NCBI GenBank assembly: GCA_963828165.1
Contig: CAWHDR010000001.1
Location: 1,120,001 to 1,184,000, forward strand
Origin: an uncultured Chloroflexia bacterium
GTDB lineage: Bacteria > Chloroflexota > Limnocylindria > Limnocylindrales > CSP1-4
Length of the DNA: 64,000 nucleotides
Direction: 5' to 3'
Below the pieces are notes generated by a model. It did no database searches, was not told the origin of the DNA, and was given only the letters and a program-made list of their open reading frames with translations. The translations under genes and the position numbers were made by a program. Every line of letters starts with the position of its first letter. The first letter of the stretch is position 1. Positions 33,038 to 43,377 of the stretch are shown in pieces.

Positions 33038-34117
33038 CCCGAGCGGCACCCGCGAGCCGGCTCGGCGCGGCGCTGCCCGGCTTGGTGGCGTGCGCCATCG
33101 TCGCGCTGATTGCGCGGCTCATCGGGAACGCGCTGGCGCTGGGCCTCGAGACGCCGGTGGCGCTCGCCTTCGGACTCGTGATCGGCAGCGTCGCTCCGGT
33201 TCGGGCTGTCCTCCTGGCCGGGGCCGCGCCCGCCGCCCGGTTGGCTCTCCGGCTCGGGATCACGCTCCTCGGGGCCCGATTGACGCTCGACCAGTTGATC
33301 TCGACCGGTGGAGCCAGCCTGCTGGCCATCGTGCTGGTCGTCTCGGTCGCGCTGCTCCTGGGGACGTTCCTCGCGCGACGGCTCGGGCTGCGGCCGCCGC
33401 TGTCAGCGCTGATCACCGTGGGCATGGCGATCTGCGGCAACTCGGCGATCCTCGCGCTGTCACCGATCCTTCGCGCCCCACCTCGCGACACCGCCTATGC
33501 CGTGTCGACGATCACCCTGTTCGGACTCGTGGGCGTGCTGCTGCTGCCGTTCGTGGGGTCGCTCCTTGGATTGTCGGACGCGGCGTTCGGGATGTGGGCC
33601 GGCCTCGCGGTCAACGACACGGCCCAGGTGGTCGCGAGCGGGCTACGCGTTCTCGCCACCGGCCGGCGACGTGGCCACGGTCGTCAAGCTGACGCGCAAC
33701 ATCGCGATCCTGCCCGTGTTGCTCGGGGCGACCTGGCTCGCGGTTCGGGCGGCCACGGCCGATGCCTCGGCGGTGTCGGCTGGGTCGACCCCCCGGCTGG
33801 TCGCCCGCGCCGTGCCCTGGTTCGTGGTCGGGTTCGTGGTCGTCGCCGGGCTGCGCTCGGCAGGCCTGCTCGAGGGTGAGCTGTGGGGAGAATCGCTCGC
33901 CGAGCTGTTCCAGAGCGGTGCGACGGTCCTCATCCTGGTGGCGCTGGCGGGCGTCGGGATCTCGACCGATATCCGGGCGATGCTCGGGGTCGGTGCCCGG
34001 CCGTTCGTCCTCGGTGCCTCGATGTGGGTCGTCATCGGTCTGCTCGGGCTGGTCCTGGCGATGGTCCTCGTGGAACCGCCGAGCGGTGGTCTGACGGCCG
34101 TCTACCATGGGGGATAG
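33034..34117 (+). CDS. YeiH/UPF0324 putative sulfate/sulfite exporter (frameshift ~33641; start uncertain)
   Basis: [29 protein letters not shown] joined to ATVVKLTRN and VPWFVVGF. Confidence 0.8.
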
Positions 34118-34121
34118 CGCC

Positions 34122-35523
34122 ATGGACATCGAGATCATCCTCACCCCCGGCCTGGGCAACGCGACCTACCTGCTCGCCTCGGACGGCGAGGCGATCGTGG
34201 TCGATCCGCCGCGTGACGCGTGGCGAGTCACAGCCGTCGCCGACGCCAGGGGCTGGCGGCTGACCCACGTGGTCGAGACCCACGTCCACAACGACTACCT
34301 GTCGGGCGCGCTCGAGCTGCGAGCCGCACCGGCGCGCCGAGATCGTCGCGCCGGCCCGCGGTCGCTACGCCTTCGAGCATCGGGGCGCGGACGAGGGCGA
34401 CGCGGTCGAGGTCGGCGGTCTCCGGCTCGTCGCCCGGGCGACACCGGGACACACGCCGGACCATCTCGCCTGGGAGGTACGGGCGGACGGAGCGGCCGAC
34501 CCATCGGCCGTGCTGACCGGCGGCAGCCTGCTTGTGGGGAGCGCCGGGCGGACGGACCTGCTGGGACGCCGACGCGACGGAGGATCTGACGCGCGCGCAA
34601 TTCGCCTCGCTCCAGCAGCTGGCGACGCTGCCCGACGACGTGGCGGTGCTGCCCACCCACGGACGCTGGCAGCTTCTGCGCGGCGGGGCCCGTCCACGGC
34701 GGCCGCACCTCCACGATGGGCGCTGAGCGGCGGATGAACCCGCTGCTGTCGGCATCCGACGAGACGTCGTTCCGCGTCGAGCTGCTCGGAGGCCTCGGGG
34801 CCTACCCGACCTACTACGACGCGATGGCTCCGATCAACCGGGCCGGACCAGCCGTCCTCGGCCGGCCGGCCCTGCCACCGCGGCTCGACGTTGCCGGGTT
34901 CGCCGCGGCCGTCAGCGCCGGGGCCCATGTCGTCGACGGCCGACCACGCGCCGAGTTCGCAGCCGGCCACCTGCCGGGCTCGATCAACATCGAGCTGACC
35001 GACACCTTCGCCTCGTACGTCGGCTGGTTCGTTCCGTTCGGGGCGGCGGTGGCGCTTGTGCTCCCGGAGCCGCACAGGGAGGCACTCGAGGAGGCGACCG
35101 TCCAGCTGTTCCGGATCGGCTATGACCGGGTCGTGGGGGCATTGACCGGCGGCCTGGCCGCCTGGGCGGCATCCGGTGCCCGGATCGAGACCTACCCCAC
35201 GACCACGATCGAGGCACTTCACGAGCAGGCGCTCGCCGGGCGGAACGCGTATGCCCTCGACGTCCGGGATCCCCACGAGTGGCGCGAGGACGGCGGCGTG
35301 CCGGGTGCGATCCGGATCCCGCTCGGCGACCTGTCGGAGCGGCTCGCCACGATCCCCCGCGACGCGCCGGTGACCGTCATGTGCAAGTCCGGTGCGCGCG
35401 CGTCGATCGCCGCCAGCCTGCTTGATGCTGCCGGTCTCGACGTGCGGCTCATCGACCAGGGCGGCGCACCCGACTGGCCCGCGACGAGCCCGCGCCGAGG
35501 CGGCGGACGCCACCCGTCGGTGA
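34122..35523 (+). CDS. Persulfide dioxygenase (MBL)-rhodanese fusion, CstB-like (several frameshifts)
   Basis: ETHVHNDYLSG, TPGHTPDH, LTGGSLLVG, PTHG; two rhodanese domains ending with MCKSGARAS. Confidence 0.8.
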
Positions 35524-36793
35524 CGACGGCGGCGACGATCCTCGGCGAGGATCACGCCCGACGGCTCGACGCGGCCGACCCCCTGGCCGGTCATCGCGAC
35601 CGGTTCCTCCTGCCGACGGACGCCCGACGGAACGCCCAAGGTCTACCTGGCCGGACAGTCTCTGGGCGCCCAGCCGGCTGCGGCTCGGGACGAGGTGGAA
35701 GCGGAGCTCGACGCGTGGGCACGGCTCGGCGTCGACGGGTGGTTCGCCGCGAAGCGAGCCTGGCTCGACGCCGACGGCGCGATCCGTGAACCGACGGCGA
35801 CGCTGGTCGGTGCTCGACCCGACGAGATCGCGACGATGAACACCCTGACCGTGAACCTGCACCTGCTGTTCGCGACGTTCTTCCGGCCCGCGGGCGGGCG
35901 GACCGCGATCCTCATCGACGCGCCGACGTTCCCGTCCGACCGGTACGCCGTCGAGTCGCAGCTTCGCCTGCACGGCCTCGCCCCAGCGCGCGACCTCATC
36001 GTGGTCCGCCCCCGCGACGGGGAGGCGCTGCTGCGCACCGAGGATCTCGAAGGGGCCATCCACGAGCATCGGGATCGCCTTGCCGTGGCGCTCCTCGCAG
36101 GCGTGAACTACGCCACCGGCCAGGCGCACGACATCGGGACGGCTCACCGCGGCGGTCCACGATGCGGGTGCTGTCGCCCTCTGGGACCTGGCGCACGCGG
36201 TCGGAAACGTCCCGCTGACCTTGCACGATGAGGAGGTCGATGGCGCCGCGTGGTGCACGTACAAATACCTCAACGGCGGCCCTGGATCGATCGGCCAGGT
36301 GTTCGTTCACGAACGGCACGCGGCCGACGCTTCCGCCCTGCGGCTGACCGGTTGGTGGGGCAACGACCCAGCCACGCGGTTCGAGATGGCCGAGACCTTC
36401 GAGCCGGCGCGCGGCGCCGACGGCTGGCGGATCTCGACGCCGCCCATCCTGTCGCTGGCACCGATCCGCGCATCGCTCGCGATCTTCGACGAGGTAGGGA
36501 TGTCCGCCTTGCGCCGGAAGTCCGTCGAGCTGACCGCCTATTTCGAGGGTCTCATCGAGGCGCTCGTAACCGACGCCGAGATCCTGACGCCACGTGCCCC
36601 TGGAGCCCGCGGGGCCCAACTCTCGCTGCGATTCCCGGATGCGACGCGCCGGCTGGACGCGCTGGAGGCTGCGGCGGTCATCGCCGACTTCCGCGAGCCC
36701 GACATCATCCGCATGGCGCCGGTCCCGCTGTACAACACCTTCCACGACGCTTGGCGCGCCGCGCGAGCGCTCGCGGAGACGCGCTCGGCCTAG
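35520..36793 (+). CDS. kynU: Kynureninase (frameshifts ~35630, ~36140)
   Basis: DAADPL, YLAGQSLG, MNTLTVNLHL, WDLAHAVGN, WCTYKYLNGGPG, GWWG. Confidence 0.9.
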
Positions 36794-36801
36794 TCGACTA
36801 C

Positions 36802-37791
36802 TCAGCCAAGCCGCAGGTTCGGCAGCACGTCCTTGCCGAAGACCTCGATGAACTCGGCCTGATTGCGGCCGACGTTGTGGAGATGGATCTCGTCGAAGCC
36901 CATGTCCACGTAGTGCTGGATGTGCTTCGTATGTGCTTCGAGATCGCTGGTCATCAGCACCCGGTTCTTGAAGTCCTCGGGTTTGACCAGCTTCGCCATT
37001 GCCGCGAAGTCCTCGGGATTCTTGATGTCCTGCTTCGGGAACGTCATCCCGCCGTTGGGCCACTCGACCATCGCGTTCTGCACGGCCTCTTCATTGGTGC
37101 GCGCCCACGAGATGTGGATCTGGAGCATCTTCGGCGCCGTAGCCGCTGTCTTGCCGGCCTCACGGGCGCCCTCCTCGAATTTCTCCCAGAGCATCGAGAT
37201 CTTCTCGTCGGCCGCGCCGACCGTGATGATGCCGTCGGCAAACTTCCCGGTCTTCTTCGCGTTAATGGGACCGGCCGTCGCGACGTACACGGGCACCGGC
37301 ACCTCGGGGCGGGTGTAGAGCTTCGCGCTCTCGAGGGTGAAGAACTCTCCCTTGTGCTTGACGACTTTGCCGGTGAACAGCTTGTTGATGATCTCGATCG
37401 ACTCGAACATCATTGCGCTGCGGATCCCGATCTCGGGCCACACACCTCCGACGACGTGCTCGTTCAACGCTTCGCCGGCCCCCAGCCCGAGGTAGAAGCG
37501 CCCGGGGTACATCGCGCCGATCGTGGCCGCGGCGTGGGCGATCACCGCGGGGTGGTAACGGAAGCCTGGGCACGTGACCGCCGTCCCGAACCTGAGGCTC
37601 GTCCGCTGCCCGAGCGCGCCCATGAAGGACCAGGCGAATGCGCTCTGGCCTTGTTGGGGGGTCCACGGGTGGAAGTGCTCGCTGACCATGAACCCGGCTT
37701 CCAATCCGGCAGCCTCAGCCTGGGCGCACCAGTCGAGCAGGTCGTTGGGGTGGAATTGCTCGAGCATCGCCGCATAGCCGATCGTGGTCAT
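36802..37791 (-). CDS. F420-dependent LLM oxidoreductase (G6PDH-like family)
   Basis: GYAAMLEQF, SEHFHPW, TAVTCP..RYHPA, GAGEALNE. Confidence 0.88.
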   Translation of the reverse strand: MTTIGYAAMLEQFHPNDLLDWCAQAEAAGLEAGFMVSEHFHPWTPQQGQSAFAWSFMGALGQRTSLRFGTAVTCPGFRYHPAVIAHAAATIGAMYPGRFYLGLGAGEALNEHVVGGVWPEIGIRSAMMFESIEIINKLFTGKVVKHKGEFFTLESAKLYTRPEVPVPVYVATAGPINAKKTGKFADGIITVGAADEKISMLWEKFEEGAREAGKTAATAPKMLQIHISWARTNEEAVQNAMVEWPNGGMTFPKQDIKNPEDFAAMAKLVKPEDFKNRVLMTSDLEAHTKHIQHYVDMGFDEIHLHNVGRNQAEFIEVFGKDVLPNLRLG

Positions 37792-37846
37792 CGTCGTCCT
37801 CCGTCGTCGTTCGTCGATCTGACGATTTCCGCCGTTCGGCCCTCGA

Positions 37847-37860
37847 GATTGTACCCAATC
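37847..37860. promoter_or_regulatory. GntR-type palindrome
   Basis: GATTG-TACC-CAATC upstream of the LLM gene. Confidence 0.6.
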
Positions 37861-37875
37861 ATGTGTCGCTTGTAT

Positions 37876-38403
37876 CTATGTCCGCGCATCGTCGGCGAGG
37901 AGGACGACGCGCGTCCGGCGTGGCGCTGTACGATCCAGGCGCTCTACGTCTCGCCTACGCAGAAGGTAGCCGCTAGGACCGCGCGATGCGCGCAGGCGGC
38001 CCGTGCGAATGGCTCGACGGAGCCATCCGACCTCCCGCTTGACTAGATTCGCCGCCTCGCGCACCGACAGTGGGTCTCCAGCTTGGTAGAAGTCGCTGTG
38101 GTGACCGAGGTCGCTGTGATAGATGGGCCCCGCGTCGACAGCGTAGGTCGCTGGTCCGCCGGTGCCAGGAGGGGCGAACCGGCCCAAACTCAGCCGCGCG
38201 TCGTAAGCCGCGCGACGCTTCCCGTCCCCCAGGACTTCGTAAGCGCGGGCGATCCGCTTGAACTGTCGCTCCATCGCTGGATCATCGGAATGCCTGTCGG
38301 GATGGGTGGCGCGGGCAAGGCGTCGATACGCTGACCGGATTTCGCCAGGTGTTGCCCCAGGCTCGAGCTCCAACGTCGCATAGTGGCCGCTACGCCGCGC
38401 CAT
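37876..38403 (-). CDS. J-domain protein fused to an excisionase/MerR-like HTH
   Basis: HYATLEL...AYRRLARATHPDR...AYEVLGD..RRAAYD, then LSVREAANLV...WLRRAIRTGRLRA...YLLRRRDV. Confidence 0.8.
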   Translation of the reverse strand: MARRSGHYATLELEPGATPGEIRSAYRRLARATHPDRHSDDPAMERQFKRIARAYEVLGDGKRRAAYDARLSLGRFAPPGTGGPATYAVDAGPIYHSDLGHHSDFYQAGDPLSVREAANLVKREVGWLRRAIRTGRLRASRGPSGYLLRRRDVERLDRTAPRRTRVVLLADDART

Positions 38404-38504
38404 GGCCCTTCTACTTGGCGCTTCGTTGGCCCGTGACGCTCGCCCCGATTGGTGCGCCCCGGCCATTCATGATCGTCTTCAAGGATTCGGCAACCTCTTG
38501 CGGG

Positions 38505-38542
38505 TGCGAGCGTCGCGGGGAGGAGGCACCGCGACCCTCGCA
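38505..38542 (-). terminator. Hairpin downstream of the LLM gene
   Basis: TGCGAG-c-GTCGCGG...CCGCGAC-c-CTCGCA stem. Confidence 0.45.
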
Positions 38543-38552
38543 GGGATTGTTT

Positions 38553-39548
38553 CTAGACGCCGACCGTGGCCGGTTGGCCGACGCGCGGTAGGACATCGCT
38601 GGCGAGGGTCTCGATCTGGTCGAGCCAGTCCGGGAAGCGCATCCGGAAATCGAAGATCAGGAGATCGCAGCCAATCTCCTGGTAGCGCTGAACGCCGCGG
38701 ACAATATCGTCGGGCGAACCGGCCAGGATCGAGCCGTCGAGCTCCTCGATCGTCGTGAACTCGCCGCCTTCCGGCTTCAGCCAGAACTTCTGCGCGTTCG
38801 CGTTCTTGATGAGCCCGGGCACGTTCATGCGGCGTGTCGCGGCTTCGAACGAACTGTCGATGCTGGTGACCGGCACAGCGCCCGTCCAGATCATCCGCTT
38901 GCCCTGCTCGGCGGTCATGTCGCGAATCTTGGCGACCCGCGCCTCGTACGTTGAGAATGGAATCCGGCCGGGCAGCCAGCCATCGCAAAAGTCGACCGCA
39001 AGGCGCGCCGACGCGGGCGTCGCACCGCCCCACCAGACGGGCACGGGATGGAGCGGCTGCGGCTTCAAGTCCACGTCCTCGAAGTCGTATAGCTCGCTGT
39101 GCCAATCGACCGTCTCGCCGGTCCAAAGCTTGCGGGCTATGAGCGTCTGCTCCTTCATCAACTCAGGGCGCTTGAGGTCTCCCTGGCCGATCACGTCGAA
39201 TTCGTGCTGGAAGTTGCCGGCGCCGATGCCGAGGTCGAACCTCCGGCGCGTGATCCACGACAGCGACGCGATGCTTGAGGCCATGTGGATCGGGTGGCGG
39301 AACGGAATAATGGTCGCCGCACCGAGGCCGATCCTCTCGGTCACTCCGGCCAGATATGTAAGAGCCACAAACGGGTCGATGAACGTGCGGTCCGTGCCCT
39401 CCATGCCGTGCGGATGGAACACGAGGTGATCGCGCACCCACAAGGAGTCGAAGCCGAGCCGTTCGGCGAGCTTGGCGCCCTCGATCAGCAGATCCTGGTC
39501 AGCCTCGACCCCGAAGTGCGGGACGAGCAGTCCGAAACGCGTGGCCAT
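38553..39548 (-). CDS. LLM-class flavin/F420-dependent oxidoreductase
   Basis: AERLGFDSLWVRDH, DPFVALTYLAGVTERIGLG, PVWWGG. Confidence 0.88.
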   Translation of the reverse strand: MATRFGLLVPHFGVEADQDLLIEGAKLAERLGFDSLWVRDHLVFHPHGMEGTDRTFIDPFVALTYLAGVTERIGLGAATIIPFRHPIHMASSIASLSWITRRRFDLGIGAGNFQHEFDVIGQGDLKRPELMKEQTLIARKLWTGETVDWHSELYDFEDVDLKPQPLHPVPVWWGGATPASARLAVDFCDGWLPGRIPFSTYEARVAKIRDMTAEQGKRMIWTGAVPVTSIDSSFEAATRRMNVPGLIKNANAQKFWLKPEGGEFTTIEELDGSILAGSPDDIVRGVQRYQEIGCDLLIFDFRMRFPDWLDQIETLASDVLPRVGQPATVGV

Positions 39549-39563
39549 GGTTCCGTACTCTCC

Positions 39564-40970
39564 TTAGGCTCCTACCGACACGGTTGTCGGCGTGGTGGTC
39601 GGTCGCGCGTGGCGACCCCGGCCCGGAAGGCCGCTGACCGTTCCATCGGCGTAGATCACCTCGCCGCGCGAGATCGTGCTGGTTACAGCGCCGCGAACGC
39701 GACGACCAGCGTACGGCGTCCAGCCACATTTGCTGAGCACGAGGTCGTCGGTGATTTCGAATTCGGCGCCGAGGTCGACGACGGCGATGTCAGCGTCCGC
39801 GCCGACGTCTAATCGGCCCTTGTCGCCGAGACCGAAGACGCGAGCCGGTGTGGTCGCCGTCGCGTCGGCGATTCGCTCGAGGCTGATCCGGCCGGCGGCG
39901 CTCGCGTCGAGGAGTAGGGAGAGGTAGAACTGTGTTGATGGCGTACCCGTGTGGGCCTTCCAGCCGTCGGTCCAACCCGGCTCCTTCTCCACACGCAGGT
40001 GCGGAGCGTGGTCGGTCGAGACGAGGTCGATCGTCCCGTCGCGAAGGGCCTCCCAGAGCGGATCGGTATTCGATTCCGGCACGTAGTACGAGAGCGCATA
40101 CGAACCGAGCCGCTCGATGTTCGACCAGTCGTTGCCCAGGAACACGGCCCACGGGTTGATCTCAGCTGAGACGACCTGGCCAGCGTCCTTTGCGCGGCGC
40201 AGTTGCTCGATCACGCCCCGCGTCTGGGTATGGAGCAGGTGGAGTCGCGTTCCGGTCGCCTTCTGAAGTCGCAACAGCAAGGCTACCGCGGTGTCCCAGA
40301 TGATCCCGTCATGCGCCGCGTACGCCTTGGCATATGCGCGGAAGTCGCGCTCGCCACGCTCCCAGTACCGCTCCTCGATCGCGGTCATGAGCGCCTGGTC
40401 GTGGGGATGGACCATAAGCGGCAAGCTCGTTTCGGCAACAGCCCCGAAGATCCGCAGCAGGTCGCCGTGGTCGTGCACGCCGATGCCGGGCATGTGCGGG
40501 TAGTCCCGACCCGTGTCGACGACCATGAACACCTTGAAGGCGGCAATGCCCATGGTCGCAAGCTCGGGGATCTCGTCGAGGACGGTGCCAGCGGCATTCA
40601 CGTTGTAATCGACGATCGACTTCTCGGCGTACAGCCGGAGAATCGACGCTAGCCGTTCCGCCGTGTTCGGGGGAGGCTGGACGTTCGGCATCGCGAATGA
40701 CGTGGTCACGCCGCCGGCCGCGCACGCCGACGTGGCACTGACGATGTCCTCCTTTTCGGTGAATCCGGGCTCGCGGTGGTGGCTGTGGACGTCGATCAGA
40801 CCCGGCAGCAGGTGACGGCCCGTCGCGTCGATGATCTTCGTCGCGTCCAGGGGCGTACCCGGATCGACGATGGCTGCGATCCGCCCATCGGCCACCGCGA
40901 CGTCCGCCGTAGCAAGACCAGTGGCGGACACCACTGTGCCGCCGCTGATCACGAGGTCGTAGGTCCTCAC
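39564..40970 (-). CDS. Cyclic amidohydrolase (dihydroorotase/allantoinase family)
   Basis: PGLIDVHSHHREPG, AGGVTT..MPN, FKVFM, STDHAPH, GADADI. Confidence 0.9.
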   Translation of the reverse strand: MRTYDLVISGGTVVSATGLATADVAVADGRIAAIVDPGTPLDATKIIDATGRHLLPGLIDVHSHHREPGFTEKEDIVSATSACAAGGVTTSFAMPNVQPPPNTAERLASILRLYAEKSIVDYNVNAAGTVLDEIPELATMGIAAFKVFMVVDTGRDYPHMPGIGVHDHGDLLRIFGAVAETSLPLMVHPHDQALMTAIEERYWERGERDFRAYAKAYAAHDGIIWDTAVALLLRLQKATGTRLHLLHTQTRGVIEQLRRAKDAGQVVSAEINPWAVFLGNDWSNIERLGSYALSYYVPESNTDPLWEALRDGTIDLVSTDHAPHLRVEKEPGWTDGWKAHTGTPSTQFYLSLLLDASAAGRISLERIADATATTPARVFGLGDKGRLDVGADADIAVVDLGAEFEITDDLVLSKCGWTPYAGRRVRGAVTSTISRGEVIYADGTVSGLPGRGRHARPTTTPTTVSVGA

Positions 40971-41935
40971 GCGCCCGACGCCTCGCTGATCCCGTCGACA
41001 TACCGGATCGAAGCTTCCGGTGCCGCCTGGTGGACCGCGATATCCCCGGCTACGAGGTAGCACTGAAACCACTCGACGATCATGGGAGCGACGACATCGC
41101 GATACTGCTCATAGGCGCCGTAATGCGTCGTTCCGGTCTGTACCACCAGTCGCTTCGGGGTGCCCGCCTTCTCGTACAGCGCGTAGCTGTGGTCCTCGGG
41201 CGTCGTCCAGTCGTTCTCGACACAAATGAACATCGCTGCACGGGGTGCGATGCGGTCGACGACGTCGATCGGACGGTACTCGAAGATTGCCTCCGCGCTT
41301 GCTAGAGCCACGAGTTCTGGGATCCGATGGTCGACATCGGACTTGACTTGTGTGACCTTGCGCTCGGGCGTGGGAACCATGATGCCGTCCCGTGGCGCGA
41401 CCATCGCACCCTTCCCGGTGCGGTTTCGTTCCAGGCGATCGAGGCGAAGCTCGCTGAGGAACTCCAGCCATTCGTGTTCGCGGCGCATTCGCCGTAGCCA
41501 GTCCCGCCCGTCCGAGATCGGCACCTGCGCGACCATGGCTTTGAAGCGTGGGTCCAACGCCGCGGCCATGACAGCGTTTCCACCGCCCGTGCCACCGGAG
41601 CCGAAAGCACCCACGCGATTCGCGTCAATCTCTGGCCTGGTTTCGAGGTATGTCGCGGCGCTTATGAAGTCCTCAACCTGGGTCCTCGGATCAAGGAACG
41701 TCGCGTCGCCCTCAGAGTCCCCAAAGCCACGGTAGTCAAAGACGAGCACGGCGATGCCCGCGGTCAATAGAGCGTCGTGGTATGGCTTATATAGCTTCGC
41801 GTCGCGAAGCCCGAGCCAGCCTGGGCCCTGCGCGACCGCGGCAACGGGCCCGTCCGCCGACGCTCCGGCGGGGAGCATCAGGGTGCCGGCCAGCATCGCG
41901 CCATGACTGTAGAAGCGGACCTGCTCGATGGGCAT
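40967..41935 (-). CDS. Alpha/beta hydrolase (S15/CocE-like) with atypical nucleophile elbow
   Basis: FDYRGFGDSEG, RVGAFGSGGTGGG, C-terminal THY. Confidence 0.8.
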   Translation of the reverse strand: MPIEQVRFYSHGAMLAGTLMLPAGASADGPVAAVAQGPGWLGLRDAKLYKPYHDALLTAGIAVLVFDYRGFGDSEGDATFLDPRTQVEDFISAATYLETRPEIDANRVGAFGSGGTGGGNAVMAAALDPRFKAMVAQVPISDGRDWLRRMRREHEWLEFLSELRLDRLERNRTGKGAMVAPRDGIMVPTPERKVTQVKSDVDHRIPELVALASAEAIFEYRPIDVVDRIAPRAAMFICVENDWTTPEDHSYALYEKAGTPKRLVVQTGTTHYGAYEQYRDVVAPMIVEWFQCYLVAGDIAVHQAAPEASIRYVDGISEASGA

Positions 41936-42006
41936 CGATCCCTCGGCGTGGAACTGTCAGCATGGATCCGGCCCGAACTTAGCCGGGGCGCATCCGATTT
42001 GATGGC

Positions 42007-42041
42007 CAATGTACCCAAGTTGGCGGTGATTGTCCACATTT
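42007..42041. promoter_or_regulatory. Tandem GntR-type operator boxes
   Basis: CAATGTACCCAAGT and GATTGTCCACATTT upstream of the hydrolase operon. Confidence 0.6.
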
Positions 42042-42136
42042 TCGAGGAGTCGCTTGCCCTGGAGTTAAAGGCCCGCCATGGGAAGGGTCGCCATCGAACG
42101 GGTTGACGTGGGCCGCCAGGGGACCGCTGCCTGACG

Positions 42137-42856
42137 TTACCGGCGTCGGTCCGCCCGCCGACGGGCCTCGGCTTCCTTGATATAGCGCCGGATGAGGACT
42201 GCGACCCGCCGGTAGTGTCCGCCCAGGTGCGCTACGGCACGATCCGCGTCACCGACCCGCACCGCTTCAAAGAAGTGCTCGTGGATCGAACTAGAGTGCT
42301 GGATGGTTGTCCAGCGCAAGACCCTAGCGACCTCCTGGCGCAAGCGCATGATCAAGCCGACGAGCCGCGGGCGGCCGGTCACCGAGTAGAGCCGCAGGTA
42401 GAAGCGCTCGCGCGACGCGAGTTGATCATCGGGGGTCGCGGCAGTTTGCATCGCACTGAACAGGACCTCAAGTTCCTCGAGGTCTTCGTCGGTCAGTAAC
42501 GGGAGCGCTAAGCGCACGGCCTCGCTCTCGAGCAGGATACGAAGGTCGTAGACCTCCTCAACATCATCGGCGTCTAGGGTGGTGACCGTGAAGCCGCGAT
42601 GTGGTTCCGACGTCACCAGACCCTCGTACTCAAGCGCTCGAAGGGCTTCTCGGACGGGGATCCGACTGGTACCGAAGACCTCTGCCAGTTCTTCTTGACG
42701 CAGACGGTCTCCAGGACCGAGCACTCCTGACAGGATCGCCTTTCGTACGGAGTCGAGCACGAGCTCCTGTGCAGTGACACTCTGCTCGCGACCCCCATCG
42801 ATGATTGCCGCGAGCTTCTCGTGTTGGTCATCCCGGGTTCGTCCGTCGCCGTCCAT
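42137..42856 (-). CDS. GntR (FadR/FCD) transcriptional regulator
   Basis: LRQEELAEVFGTSRIPVREAL...EGLV, YDLRILLE. Confidence 0.92.
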   Translation of the reverse strand: MDGDGRTRDDQHEKLAAIIDGGREQSVTAQELVLDSVRKAILSGVLGPGDRLRQEELAEVFGTSRIPVREALRALEYEGLVTSEPHRGFTVTTLDADDVEEVYDLRILLESEAVRLALPLLTDEDLEELEVLFSAMQTAATPDDQLASRERFYLRLYSVTGRPRLVGLIMRLRQEVARVLRWTTIQHSSSIHEHFFEAVRVGDADRAVAHLGGHYRRVAVLIRRYIKEAEARRRADRRR

Positions 42857-43281
42857 CGCACACCTCCGACCTCGGTCCATCTGAATCGGATCGAGTCCTC
42901 GACCGTCGCGCGACGGCGCAGGCGCAGACGCCCCGATCGAACGATTTGTCCGAGCGCCGGATCCTTTCCGGCAAAGATTGTCACACTGTACCCACCTCGG
43001 TGGACACATTGGTATCCGTGGGCACGAAATGAGTAGCCTCAGGGTCTTGTGGTCAACCGCGCAGATTCGCCTAAGGCATGCACGGCGAAGACACCGGACT
43101 GAGAGGATTCACGGCTGGCTCGAACGCCTAATTCGGGCTCTGGGGTCCCAGCCTCACGATCATGGCTAGGCGGCGACATAGCTGCCAATGATTCGGTGGG
43201 AGGCATACAAACCGGTCGGAAGCACACCGCCGCCTGATCGATTTGACGACGGAGCCGTGATGTGGGCAGTTTGCGGTGTGG

Positions 43282-43312
43282 TGTGGACAATCTTGTTGAC
43301 TTTGGATACCCA
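43282..43312. promoter_or_regulatory. Tandem GntR-type operator boxes
   Basis: TGTGGACAATC-N9-TTGGATACCCA upstream of the ABC operon. Confidence 0.6.
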
Positions 43313-43377
43313 CTTAGTCCAGACTCGGCGAGATCGGACCCAGACTTCCTGCAAGTCGGGCGCTGGAGGAGAGCACG

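Noticed and set aside
34716-35789. Apparent rhodanese-kynureninase fusion
   Set aside because: A GTGA start/stop overlap at 35520-35523 and many neighbouring indels indicate two separate genes.
37790-38560. Integration site or mobile element at the island boundary
   Set aside because: No tRNA, integrase, transposase or flanking direct repeat was found; the Xis-like HTH alone is insufficient.
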